The notes beneath the pieces were generated by a model that was given only the letters and a program-made list of their open reading frames with translations, did no database searches and was not told where the DNA came from. A DNA stretch of 64,000 nt, from positions 1,658-65,657 of the forward strand of contig CALGXT010000076.1 in assembly GCA_937935255.1 (NCBI GenBank), read 5' to 3'. Positions 8,972-18,637 of this stretch are shown in pieces. The stretch's first letter is position 1; the number at the start of each line of letters is the position of its first letter. Both the position numbers and the translations under genes were made by a program. This stretch comes from an uncultured bacterium (GTDB lineage Bacteria > Verrucomicrobiota > Kiritimatiellia > PWTM01).

Positions 8972-10299
8972 CCCCTTCGCGCACCAAGGATGTGAATCGC
9001 GCCGCGCCCGCGTCCTGGCGGCGGCGGGCCGTCGCGCTGACGCTGTGGATGCTGTGCGGCCCGGCCTTTGCGGCGGCGCAGATTTTCTTCAGTTTCCGAG
9101 CCGCCGATGGCGGCGGTCTCGGACGGATCGAAGTGGACGCGCAAACCGGTGATTTCATCGCGCAGGAGGCGGTGTATTCCGCGGCGACCGCGCGCGCCGC
9201 GTTCAAGGTCGCCCAATCGCCGGAGGGGTATGCCGCGTTGACCGTCAACGAACGCGGGCCCGAAAATTTCGTCTTTCGCGCGCCCGACGGTCGCGTGCGG
9301 ACGCTGTCCCTCCCCGATAAACTCGATGAAGTCCGCCTTCACGGTCGGCGCGCCCTCGTCGGCGGCGAAGAGGGCGGCGTGTACCTCGTTCGGCTGGACA
9401 CCGGGGAACTCGAGCGCTCCTGGAAGCTCGCGGAAGCGCTTCATCCGCCGGGACGACGGCCGGAAGATCTCCGGATCGAGCGCGAGGGCCGCCGGGCCTG
9501 GGTGACGCTGCAAAAGGACAGCAAAAAAGGGGATCGCGAGGGCCAGCGCGTGGTGTATCTCGACTTGGACAGCGGAGCGGCGCTCGCCGATTTGCGGCTG
9601 CCGCGGGATCGCGCCGACCTGCATTACGGGCGGGACGGCGATTTCCGTCAGCGCGGTCCGGGGCCGGAAATCGTGATGCCCTTCGAGTCCGCCGGCGTCC
9701 TGCTCGTCACGCTCGATTTATACGGGGCGATCGGATTCGCCGATTTGACGGAGGCCCGTCAAGGGCGCCTGACGAACTGGACCGTCCTGCCCACGGCGCC
9801 GGATGGGAGCTGGGGCGCGGCCTTCCCCGATCGCGTAGCCGCGTTCGCCGCGGGCGGGCGCGAATTCGCGCTTGTCCTCAACGCCGGCGCGGCGGGCGGC
9901 GCGGCGGTCGCCGACGTGGCGAAGCGGAACATCGTGCAACGGTTGGCCGCGGGGCACGGTCTTTCCACGCCGGCGTTTGTTCCCGCCGCGCGCGCCGTCG
10001 TCGCCGCGAGCGGGGGCAAACTCAAGCGGCGGGGCGCCGAAGATGTGGAAAAAACCTTTCATCCTCGGGCTGAAATCGCGGTGTTCGATCTGACCGAGGA
10101 GGGCGGTCCGCTGGCGCTGCGCGTCGCGCCCACGGGCGATCCCGCGCATGCGCTGCGGCCCGTCGCTCCGGAATCGAGCGCGCTGATCCTGGTCAATGTC
10201 GGCGAATCGGCGGACGCCTGGCTGGTCATGGACATCCGCGACGGACGCATCCTCGGACGCCGCCCGGCGCTCGGGCGCGTGGAACGTCTGGCGCCGTAA
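8968..10299 (+). CDS. Secreted hypothetical protein, probable beta-propeller
   Basis: RBS AAAGGAGA, ATGA overlap with the permease gene, signal peptide ending PAFAAA, repeated short beta-strand units (VYLVRLDTG, VVYLDLDSG, LVMDIRDG). Confidence 0.7.
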   Translation: MTPSRTKDVNRAAPASWRRRAVALTLWMLCGPAFAAAQIFFSFRAADGGGLGRIEVDAQTGDFIAQEAVYSAATARAAFKVAQSPEGYAALTVNERGPENFVFRAPDGRVRTLSLPDKLDEVRLHGRRALVGGEEGGVYLVRLDTGELERSWKLAEALHPPGRRPEDLRIEREGRRAWVTLQKDSKKGDREGQRVVYLDLDSGAALADLRLPRDRADLHYGRDGDFRQRGPGPEIVMPFESAGVLLVTLDLYGAIGFADLTEARQGRLTNWTVLPTAPDGSWGAAFPDRVAAFAAGGREFALVLNAGAAGGAAVADVAKRNIVQRLAAGHGLSTPAFVPAARAVVAASGGKLKRRGAEDVEKTFHPRAEIAVFDLTEEGGPLALRVAPTGDPAHALRPVAPESSALILVNVGESADAWLVMDIRDGRILGRRPALGRVERLAP

Positions 10300-10631
10300 G
10301 GCGAGGATCGCGGCGGCGCGGAGATTCGCTTTTTCCCGGCGCCGCACAGGGAACGCGGGCGGCGGGGCGGCCAGAATCTTCGCGCCAGGCTCCGGCGTCG
10401 CGCAAAGACATCGCTCCCCCTCGCGGTGGTCGCGACGTCGCAGAGCGCCGCCCACCATCGTGTTTTTCGCGGTTTTTCCGCGGGCCGGCGCCTGAAGCGG
10501 CGAACGTCGGCCTTCGCGCTCGCGCGGCGGCGGCGTCGGACCTCGAACCCGCGCAAACGGAACGAGCGGATCTCTCGCCAGGCGCGCACGCGCGGCGATC
10601 CTCCGGGGCCGCCGCGCCGCCGCCCGCGCGC

Positions 10632-10660
10632 TTGCTCCGTGCGTTCGGCTGGTCTATCTT
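10632..10660 (+). promoter_or_regulatory. Candidate sigma70 promoter of ileS
   Basis: TTGCTC-N17-TATCTT, 28 nt before ATG 10689. Confidence 0.5.
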
Positions 10661-10688
10661 GGCGCTTTGTCACGGCGGGAGCGACATC

Positions 10689-13600
10689 ATGCTGGAGTCT
10701 GTTTCGAGCAAGGTGAGCTTTCCGGAGATGGAGCGCGAAGTGCTCCGTTTCTGGGAGGAGCGGGATATTTTCAAGAAATCGCTGGCGCAGCGCGAGGGCG
10801 CGCCGGAGTTCATTTTCTACGACGGCCCCCCGTTCGCCACCGGCCTGCCCCACTACGGCCATCTGCTCGCGGGCACGATCAAGGACATCGTCCCGCGCTA
10901 TCAGACGATGCGGGGCTTTCACGTCGAGCGGCGCTTCGGCTGGGATTGCCACGGATTGCCGATCGAGGCGCTGGCGCAAGAGGCGCTCGGGCTGGCGGGC
11001 GCCGGCGCGATCGTGGCCCGGGGCGTCGCCGCGTTCAACGAACAATGCCGCTCGATGGTGCTGCGCTATGTCGGCGAGTGGCGGAAGATCGTCGCGCGCA
11101 TGGGCCGCTGGGTGGACTTCGACAACGACTACAAGACCATGGACCTCACCTTCATGGAAACGGTGTGGTGGGTCTTCAAACAGCTCTGGGATCAGGGGCG
11201 CGTCTATCGCTCTTACCGCATCATGCCCTATAGTTGGAAGCTCAACACCCCGCTCTCCAACTTTGAGGCCGGATCGAACTATCAGGAGGTGCAGGACCCC
11301 TCGATCACGTGCCGACTGCGCGTGACCTCGGGCCCCGCCGCGGCCGGCGCGCCGTGGTATCTGCTGATCTGGACAACGACGCCCTGGACACTGCCGGCGA
11401 ACCTCGCCGTGTGCGTCGGGCCGGACATCGAATACGCCGCCGTACGCGACCGCGCCGACGGCAATGTCTACGTCCTCGCCGAGGCGCGGCTCTCGGCCTA
11501 TTACAAGAAACCGGAAGAATACGAGCGCGTCACCGCGTTCAAAGGGCGCGACCTCGTCGGCTGGCGCTACGAGCCGCTGTTCCCCTACTATGCCGATCGC
11601 GCCAACGCCTTCCGCGTGCTCGCCGACGATTTCGTCAGCACCGAGGACGGCGCCGGCATCGTGCATATCGCGCCGGCGTACGGCGAGGACGACTTCCGCG
11701 TCGGCCGCGCCGCCGGACTCGAACTCGCCGACCCGCTCGACGCGAACTGCGCGTTCACCGATCCGGTCGTCGAATACCGCGGCCAGTTCTGCAAGGACGC
11801 CGACAAGGCGATCGTCAAGCGGCTCAAGGCCGAGGGAAAGCTGGTCCATCAATCCACGATCGTTCACAGCTACCCCTTCTGCGAGCGCACCGACACGCCG
11901 CTCATTTACCGCGCCATCGAGGCGTGGTACGTCCGCGTCGAAGATTTGCGCGACCGCCTCGCGGCGGCGAACGCCGAGGCGCATTGGGTGCCGTCGTATG
12001 TCGGCGAAAAGCGTTTCGGCAACTGGCTGCGCGAGGCGCGCGACTGGAACATCAGCCGCAACCGCTTCTGGGGCTCATGCATCCCCGTCTGGATCGCCGA
12101 GGACGGCTCCGACCAAATTTGTGTCGGCTCGATCCGCGAACTGGAGGAGCTTTCGGGCCGCAAAGTGACCGACTTGCACAAGCACGTCGTGGACGAGATC
12201 ACGTTCGTTCGCAACGGCAAGACCTACCGCCGCACGCCGGAGGTCTTCGACTGCTGGTTCGAATCCGGCTCGATGCCCTATGCGCAGCACCATTACCCTT
12301 TCGAGCGCGGCGGGGAGCTCGATCGCATCTTCCCGGCGCATTTCATCGCCGAAGGGCTCGATCAGACGCGCGGCTGGTTCTACACGCTGCTCGTGCTTTC
12401 GGTCGCGCTGTTCGACCGCAGCGCCTACCGCAACGTGGTGGTCAACGGTCTCATTCTCGCCGCCGACGGGCGCAAGATGAGCAAGCGCCTGAAGAACTAC
12501 CCCGACCCGGCGCACATTCTCGAGACCTACGGCGCCGACGCGCTCCGCCTCTACATGATCCACTCGCCCGTCGTGCGCGCCGAGGACCTCTGTTTCACCG
12601 AAGACGGCGTGAAACACGCGCTGCGGCATTTGCTGATCCCGCTCTGGAACGCCTACGTCTTTTTCGTCACCTACGCGCGGGTGGACGGCTGGCGCCCCGG
12701 CCGCGCCGCCGCCGATGCCTCCGGCGCGGGCGCGCGCAGCGGCGACCTGCTCGACCGCTGGATTCGCAGCCGGCTCGACTGGCTCACCCAGACCGTCACC
12801 GCCGCGATGGACGCCTACGACCTGCAGGGCGCGGTGCGACCGTTCGTGGATTTCATTGACGACCTGACCAACTGGTACATCCGCCGCTCGCGCCGCCGGT
12901 TCTGGAAATCCACCGACGACGCCGACAAGGCCGCCGCGTACGCCACGCTCTACGAAGTGCTGCTGCGCCTCTCCAAGATCGCCGCGCCCTTCGTGCCTTT
13001 CGTGGCCGAGAAAATCTACGGCAATTTACGCGCGGACGATAGGCCCGAATCGGTCCACTTGTGCGATTTTCCCGCCGTTTCCGGCGCGGAGCGCGATCTC
13101 GAGCTCGAAGCGGAAATGGAAGCGGTGAAGACGGTCGTCGCGCTGGGACGGCAATTGCGCGTGCAACACGATCTCAAGGTGCGCCAGCCGCTCGCGCTGC
13201 TCCATATCGCCTCGCGCGACCGCGCGCTGCTCGCGCGGCTGGAGGCCGTGCAGGACCTCGTCGCCGACGAGCTGAACGTCAAGCGCGTGCGCTTCCTGGC
13301 GGACGAGTCGCACCTCGCCCGTTTCTCGGCCAAGCCGAATTTCCGCGTCCTCGGCCCGAAACTCGGCGGCGCCATGTCGCAGGCCGCCGCCGTGATCAAA
13401 AACCTCGACGCCGAGCACATCCTGCGGCTGCTCGACGGCGAGCGCGTCGCCATCGAAGTCGGCGGCAAGACCATCGAAATCGGCAGCGAGGAAGTGATCG
13501 TCGAGCGCACGCCGCGCGAGGGGCTCGCGGTCAGCGCCGAGGGCGGCATCGTCGTGGCGATGGAAACCGCGCTGACGCCGGCGCTGATCGCCGAGGGTCT

Positions 13601-13844
13601 CGCGCGCGAAGCGGTCAACCGCATCCAAAACCAGCGCAAGACGGCGGATTTGGACGTCGCGCAGCGCATCCGCTTGCGGTTCACGGGCGACGACGCCGTG
13701 CGCGCGGCCTTCGAGAAGCATGCCGACTACATTTGCGCGGAGACGCTGTGCGTCGGCTGGGAATGGGCGACCGCGCTGGATAAACCCGACTGGTTCGGCG
13801 ACCTCAACGGCCATCCGGCGGCGTTCACGTTGACGCCGGAGTGA
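10689..13844 (+). CDS. ileS: Isoleucine--tRNA ligase, type 2
   Basis: DGPPFATGLPHYGH, GWDCHGLP, WTTTPWTLP, DWNISRNRFWG, EGLDQTRGWF, KMSKR; long C-terminus without the type-1 zinc finger. Confidence 0.97.
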   Translation: MLESVSSKVSFPEMEREVLRFWEERDIFKKSLAQREGAPEFIFYDGPPFATGLPHYGHLLAGTIKDIVPRYQTMRGFHVERRFGWDCHGLPIEALAQEALGLAGAGAIVARGVAAFNEQCRSMVLRYVGEWRKIVARMGRWVDFDNDYKTMDLTFMETVWWVFKQLWDQGRVYRSYRIMPYSWKLNTPLSNFEAGSNYQEVQDPSITCRLRVTSGPAAAGAPWYLLIWTTTPWTLPANLAVCVGPDIEYAAVRDRADGNVYVLAEARLSAYYKKPEEYERVTAFKGRDLVGWRYEPLFPYYADRANAFRVLADDFVSTEDGAGIVHIAPAYGEDDFRVGRAAGLELADPLDANCAFTDPVVEYRGQFCKDADKAIVKRLKAEGKLVHQSTIVHSYPFCERTDTPLIYRAIEAWYVRVEDLRDRLAAANAEAHWVPSYVGEKRFGNWLREARDWNISRNRFWGSCIPVWIAEDGSDQICVGSIRELEELSGRKVTDLHKHVVDEITFVRNGKTYRRTPEVFDCWFESGSMPYAQHHYPFERGGELDRIFPAHFIAEGLDQTRGWFYTLLVLSVALFDRSAYRNVVVNGLILAADGRKMSKRLKNYPDPAHILETYGADALRLYMIHSPVVRAEDLCFTEDGVKHALRHLLIPLWNAYVFFVTYARVDGWRPGRAAADASGAGARSGDLLDRWIRSRLDWLTQTVTAAMDAYDLQGAVRPFVDFIDDLTNWYIRRSRRRFWKSTDDADKAAAYATLYEVLLRLSKIAAPFVPFVAEKIYGNLRADDRPESVHLCDFPAVSGAERDLELEAEMEAVKTVVALGRQLRVQHDLKVRQPLALLHIASRDRALLARLEAVQDLVADELNVKRVRFLADESHLARFSAKPNFRVLGPKLGGAMSQAAAVIKNLDAEHILRLLDGERVAIEVGGKTIEIGSEEVIVERTPREGLAVSAEGGIVVAMETALTPALIAEGLAREAVNRIQNQRKTADLDVAQRIRLRFTGDDAVRAAFEKHADYICAETLCVGWEWATALDKPDWFGDLNGHPAAFTLTPE

Positions 13845-13850
13845 GCGATT

Positions 13851-13897
13851 TTCCAAGGGTTGGAAGTAAACCCGCCACAGTTTTCCAAGCCTTGGAA
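13851..13897. repeat. Palindrome doublet TTCCAA-N3-TTGGAA, locus 2
   Basis: TTCCAAgggTTGGAA at 13851-13865 and TTCCAAgccTTGGAA at 13883-13897, starting 6 nt after the ileS stop. Confidence 0.9.
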
Positions 13898-14223
13898 ACG
13901 CCGATCGCGTCAAAGCCGCCGGACGACGCCGGCACGCGGCGCGTCGGCGCCGAACCCTAAATCCACGGCTTGCGACCGCGCTTCCGAAAGCAGCGGGCGG
14001 CACCGCGGATGATCGGAATGCCGCTCGATTTGCGGGCGCGAGAGCGCCCGGAACGCCCCCGCTGTCGGCGGAAACGGTTCGCGGTTTTCGCGGGCGACGG
14101 GCCGAGGGCGGCGGGATCGGTCAGGGACAATTCCACGCCGTTGTTCGCATAATCTCCATTTCCCGATTCGTCTTGCTCCGCCGCGGCGGGCGCGGCATGC
14201 TGCCGGGCGTTTCATCGTCAAAT

Positions 14224-14252
14224 CAAAATATTTCCTCCCCCCTTTCGTTTAT
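14224..14252 (+). promoter_or_regulatory. Possible ECF-type autoregulatory promoter
   Basis: AAT (14227-29)-N16-CGTT (14246-49) in an AT-rich patch upstream of the ECF gene; resembles the generic AAC-N16/17-CGT pattern. Confidence 0.3.
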
Positions 14253-14279
14253 AAGGCGAATGGAGCGGGCGGAGATGCA

Positions 14280-14858
14280 ATGGCCGAGATGCAACCGATC
14301 GAACGGGAATGGCTCGAGCAATATCGCCGGGGCGACCTGGAAGCGCTCGGAAAGCTTGTGGAGCAGTATCGCCGCCCGCTGTTCTCGTTCATTCTCAAGA
14401 TGACCGAAGGCCGGGGCGATCCGGAAGAGGTCTTTCAGGAAACGTGGATTCGGGCCATTCGGAATCTGGACCGCTTCGATGACCAGAATCTTCTCGGTTG
14501 GCTTTTCCGCATCGCCCATAACCTGGTGATTGACCGGGCGCGCAAGTTGCGTCCGGAGGTGCGGCCGGAGCTGCGCACCGGCCAGTCGGCGACGACGTGG
14601 TTCGATCAGGTGCCGGGCGGCGGCGCAGGACCGGCGACGGTGGCCGCGGACAACGACCTGGGGAAACGGATTTCCGCGGCGGTCGAGCGCCTGCCCCCGG
14701 AGCAGCGGGAAGTGTTCCTGTTGCGCATGGACAGCGACATGTCGTTCAAGGACATCGCGAAGGTGCAGGGCGTTTCGATCAATACGGCCCTCGCGCGGAT
14801 GCATTATGCGGTGCGCAAGCTGCGCGAGATGTTGAAAGACACGTACGAGAAATTATGA
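14280..14858 (+). CDS. ECF RNA polymerase sigma-70 factor
   Basis: Region 2 EEVFQETWIRA…WLFRIAHNLVID; region 4 LPPEQREVFLLR…SFKDIAKVQGVSINTALARMHYA. Confidence 0.95.
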   Translation: MAEMQPIEREWLEQYRRGDLEALGKLVEQYRRPLFSFILKMTEGRGDPEEVFQETWIRAIRNLDRFDDQNLLGWLFRIAHNLVIDRARKLRPEVRPELRTGQSATTWFDQVPGGGAGPATVAADNDLGKRISAAVERLPPEQREVFLLRMDSDMSFKDIAKVQGVSINTALARMHYAVRKLREMLKDTYEKL

Positions 14859-14871
14859 ATCGAGGTTCACC

Positions 14872-15429
14872 ATGAACTGCAAAAGGGCGCGAACCTGGCT
14901 GCTGCTGGCGGAAACCGGCGAATTGACGCCGGAGCGGCGCCGGCGGCTCGAGGAGCACATCGCGGCTTGCGCGGCGTGCGAACGCTATGCGGCGTCGCTG
15001 CGCGCGCTGCGCGGCGAGTATTCGACGGAAGCCCCGCCGCACACGGCGACGCCGCCGCCCACACTGAACGCGATTTTGCTCGCGGCCCGCGAGACCGTCG
15101 TGCAGCCGGCGCCGAAGCGGCGGAGCGTGTGGTTCGCGGACTGGACGTTGGCCGAGCGCGCGCTCGCCGCCGCCGCGGTGCTATTGGCGGCGCTCGGGCT
15201 GACCGTATTGCTGTCGCGCGCGCCCCGCCGCGCCGCCGTCGTCGCGCTGGATAACGCGCTGATCGAGCGGCAAGTGGCGGCGGCCGTCGAGGCGATGGAG
15301 GCGGACTGGACCGCCTGGGAAGGCGAAATGGCCCTCGTGGCGCTCGAATTCGGCGACTGGTACCTGCTCGCCGGCGACGCCGCGGACGAGCCGGCCATCG
15401 CGCCGGCAGTTTTCGAGGTGGGCATATGA
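14872..15429 (+). CDS. Zinc-binding anti-sigma factor (zf-HC2) with a TM helix
   Basis: MNC…GEL…HIAACAAC (HxxxCxxC); hydrophobic ALAAAAVLLAALGLTVLL; directly follows the ECF gene. Confidence 0.88.
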   Translation: MNCKRARTWLLLAETGELTPERRRRLEEHIAACAACERYAASLRALRGEYSTEAPPHTATPPPTLNAILLAARETVVQPAPKRRSVWFADWTLAERALAAAAVLLAALGLTVLLSRAPRRAAVVALDNALIERQVAAAVEAMEADWTAWEGEMALVALEFGDWYLLAGDAADEPAIAPAVFEVGI

Positions 15430-16178
15430 AAACGCAACACGGAATTTTGACCCTGTGCGTCGCCTCTCTTTTCGCGGCGGCGATTCGCGCGGATGATGCG
15501 ACCGGCGATCCGCCGGCGCGGACGACGGACGACGAAGCGCCGCCGATAGCGATCGCCGCTCCACCGACGTCTCCGTTGGAATCGGGGCGGCGCGTCGGTC
15601 CCCCGCCGCGGCCCTTCGGCCCGCCGTCGGAATCGGACTTCAAAGAAGGCGCAGTGCTGCGCTGGCTGGATCGTCTGCGCGAGGCCCATCCGGAGGAGTT
15701 CGCGCGGATGCGGCATCTGCGCGAGACGCAGCCGGAAAAATTCCGGGAGGAGATGCGCCGCCGCATCCAGCGGCGTCTGCTGATCGAAGAAGGCGGATCG
15801 CCGTTCGCGAAGGCCGAGGAAGGCGGACCGCGTCGGGAAGCCAAACCCCCGCCCCGGCTGGAACGCGATCCCGAAATGGAACGGCTGGAGCGCGAATTGG
15901 TCGCGCTGGTGCGCGAGTTTCATTCGACCGATGCGCCGGAGCGCCGCGAGGAGATTCAGCGCCGCATCCGCAACCTGATCCGGGAAGCGATGGAGCGGCG
16001 CGAGGCGGTCTGGGCCGCTCGGGTGCGGCAGATGCGCCGGGAGTTGACGGATCTCGAGGAACGGCTGGATCGCTGGCGTGAAAATCGCGATGCAACGATC
16101 GAGCAGCGGCTCCAGATGATGCTGGAGAAAACGCCCCAACCGCCGCCGGAGCCGCCGCCCCCGCCGCCGGCCGCTTGA
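15426..16178 (+). CDS. Secreted Arg/Glu-rich helical protein (Spy/CpxP-like character)
   Basis: ATGA overlap, signal peptide, Pro-rich linkers, long charged coiled-coil segments. Confidence 0.7.
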   Translation: MKTQHGILTLCVASLFAAAIRADDATGDPPARTTDDEAPPIAIAAPPTSPLESGRRVGPPPRPFGPPSESDFKEGAVLRWLDRLREAHPEEFARMRHLRETQPEKFREEMRRRIQRRLLIEEGGSPFAKAEEGGPRREAKPPPRLERDPEMERLERELVALVREFHSTDAPERREEIQRRIRNLIREAMERREAVWAARVRQMRRELTDLEERLDRWRENRDATIEQRLQMMLEKTPQPPPEPPPPPPAA

Positions 16179-16241
16179 GGCGTGCGCATTGATCGGCGAC
16201 TGTCGTCTTGGAGAATCGAAGTTCACTTCCGGAATGCCGTG

Positions 16242-18635
16242 TCACACGGGTTTTCCCATCGTAACCCGCACCGTGTGGCGGGGCGCCGTGGGCAAGGGCA
16301 GCTTGTTGCCGTGAATTCGACATCCGTCGAGGCGTAATTCCTTCACACCGGTTTCGACGCCGTCCGGATTCTCGAAGCGGATTTCGTACTCGCTGCCGCG
16401 GAATCGGCGATGCAGCGAAAACACTTTCCAAACAGGGTCCACGGCGGGCGCAATTCGAAGGCCGTCCATTTCCGCCCGTACGCCGATGATATAATCGGTC
16501 ATGGCCCGGAACATCCACGCCGCCGTTCCGGTCAGCCAATGGAAAGCGCCCTCGCCGAACCGGTCGCCCGCGCCCGGCCCGGCGCAGTATTGCGAATAAA
16601 CATAGGGCTCGACGGCGTATTGGCGCGCATCGCGTTGGAACGGCAAAATCTTTCGATATAGGGCCACGGCTTCCCGCCCTCGTCCGAGCAGTGCGCGCGC
16701 CACCACATGGAACGCGCTGACGTGGGAAAACACAGCGCCATTTTCTTTCCGACCCGGCAGAAACGCTGAAATGAGACCGACGCTGGGGTCATACACGGTG
16801 TACGCCGGCGCGAGGTTGGTCATGCCAAAAGGCGTCTCCAGACGCCGGGCGGCCGCGTCCATACAGACATTCAGCCGCGATTTATCCGATATTCCCGCCA
16901 TCACCGCCCACGTTTGGGAATTAATCCAGATGCAGCCTTCCTGCTCGCCCTTTACCCCGAGGGGGCGGCCATCGTCGCGAAAAGCGCGCACGAACCATTC
17001 GCCGTCCCAGCAAAATTCGTTCATGATCCGCCGAAGTTCCTCGGCGCGCGCGCGGTAGCGTTGCAGCCTAGAATCGGCGCCCCAGCCTTCCAGCAACGGC
17101 GCGATTTCCCCGATTGCGTAGCATAGAAACTGGGCCAGCCAGACGCTTTCGCCCCGACCCGCGGCGCCCACGCGATTGGCGGCGTCGTTCCAATCGCCTT
17201 TCCCCATCAGTGGTAGCCCGTGTGGACCGCGCTGCTCCAGCAGGCGTTCCATGCCGGTCAGCATGACTTCGTAGACGGTCGAATCGGTTCCATCCATGAG
17301 AGAAACCGACATGTCGAGCAAATCCATATCTCCGGTTTCGCGCAGGTAGTCCGCTACCGCCAGCACGAACCAGAGCGGGAGATCCACCTTGGGCGACGGG
17401 CCTTCGGGCAGACCCGCGCGGTTGCAGCCCCCGCACGCCTGCCCGTCCGCGAAGAAGAAGCCGGCGATGCGGAGCAGATTCCGTTTGGCCAGGTCCGGCG
17501 CCAGCGGGGTGACGCCGAACGCATCCTGGCAACTGTCGCGCATCGCCGGATACTGGCCCTTGTGAAAGTAACTCGGTCCGCGGCCGAAATGGAAATTGAC
17601 CATCAATTGGAGCTTGTTCCACGTGTTCGTCATCCGGTCGAGATCCGGCTCGGGCGTCCGCACCGTCAGTGGCGCGAAAAGCGAGCGCCAGTGCGCGCGC
17701 GTCGCCTCCCAGGCCGGCTCGACGAACGCCGGATCGCGCAATCGGGCCGCCAGCGGTTCGGGATCGGCGTCGCGCGGCTGGATCGCGATCGCCACGTGAT
17801 TGTTCCAGCGGGCGCCGGGCGCCAGTGCCACCCGCCACTGGAAGACGGCCGCCAGATGCTGTCCCTGGGTCGGCGCCTCCGGCAGCCATTCGGACTCCAG
17901 TCCGGCCGGCGCGTCCAGATGCCGCATCGCCCCGATAAACGCATTGCGATCGGCTACGATTCGCTCCGGCGGCGCGGCGCTCACGACCAGCGCCTGGCGC
18001 GGCCAGACCTGGTTGTGCTCCGACCAGCCGTCTTCGGTGAACCAGAAGTTATGCTGTGCCAGCAGGCCATCCGCGCGCAGGGTCACGTCATGAAACAGGC
18101 TGTGGAAGGCCGTCTCGTGTTCGTAGAGCGAGATGTTGCCGAGCGAGAAGAACGCGCAGGTATAAATCGAGAGGCGGCGCGGGCGGCCGCTGGAATTCGC
18201 CAGCCCGAGACCCCAGATTTCCGCGTCGAGGTCCGGGGGCACGAAAAACCGCAGCTCCGCGTCCACGCCGCCGTAGGAGGATCGGATCGCCGTCGTGCCC
18301 GGCGCATGCCGCGCTTCGAACCGGTCGAACTTCCCGATCGGATGCGCATTCGCCGTCCAGACCTCGCCGGTTTCCTCGTCCTTCACGTAAACGATCCGCC
18401 CCGGCAGGTCGTCGTTCGCCTGGTGCAGCCCGCGCTGGAGAATGCCGTGCAGCCGGTGATCGACGTGAAAGCTGAACCCGCCGCCGACGTGCGAACATAG
18501 CGCGCAATAATCGCCGTTGGTCAGATAATTGATCCAAGGCCTCGGCGGACGCGGCGTCGTGACAACGTACTCGCGGCCATCTTCGGAAAAATGTCCGAAG
18601 GGGTTATCCGCGAAACATTCTCCACCCGGCGTCAT
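16242..18635 (-). CDS. GH94 glycoside phosphorylase
   Basis: FGHFSEDGREYVV…PPRPWINYLTN, GRIVYVKDEETGEVW, RDSCQD, catalytic GDWNDA, GESVWL, KENGAVFSH, WLTGTAAW. Confidence 0.92.
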   Translation of the reverse strand: MTPGGECFADNPFGHFSEDGREYVVTTPRPPRPWINYLTNGDYCALCSHVGGGFSFHVDHRLHGILQRGLHQANDDLPGRIVYVKDEETGEVWTANAHPIGKFDRFEARHAPGTTAIRSSYGGVDAELRFFVPPDLDAEIWGLGLANSSGRPRRLSIYTCAFFSLGNISLYEHETAFHSLFHDVTLRADGLLAQHNFWFTEDGWSEHNQVWPRQALVVSAAPPERIVADRNAFIGAMRHLDAPAGLESEWLPEAPTQGQHLAAVFQWRVALAPGARWNNHVAIAIQPRDADPEPLAARLRDPAFVEPAWEATRAHWRSLFAPLTVRTPEPDLDRMTNTWNKLQLMVNFHFGRGPSYFHKGQYPAMRDSCQDAFGVTPLAPDLAKRNLLRIAGFFFADGQACGGCNRAGLPEGPSPKVDLPLWFVLAVADYLRETGDMDLLDMSVSLMDGTDSTVYEVMLTGMERLLEQRGPHGLPLMGKGDWNDAANRVGAAGRGESVWLAQFLCYAIGEIAPLLEGWGADSRLQRYRARAEELRRIMNEFCWDGEWFVRAFRDDGRPLGVKGEQEGCIWINSQTWAVMAGISDKSRLNVCMDAAARRLETPFGMTNLAPAYTVYDPSVGLISAFLPGRKENGAVFSHVSAFHVVARALLGRGREAVALYRKILPFQRDARQYAVEPYVYSQYCAGPGAGDRFGEGAFHWLTGTAAWMFRAMTDYIIGVRAEMDGLRIAPAVDPVWKVFSLHRRFRGSEYEIRFENPDGVETGVKELRLDGCRIHGNKLPLPTAPRHTVRVTMGKPV

Positions 18636-18637
18636 AT

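Noticed and set aside
7045..10299. 1084-aa ORF
   Set aside because: Upstream part is a shadow frame over the permease; the RBS and signal peptide support a start at 8968.
10300..10688. T-box leader before ileS
   Set aside because: No T-box consensus seen, and a plausible promoter lies only 28 nt from the ATG.
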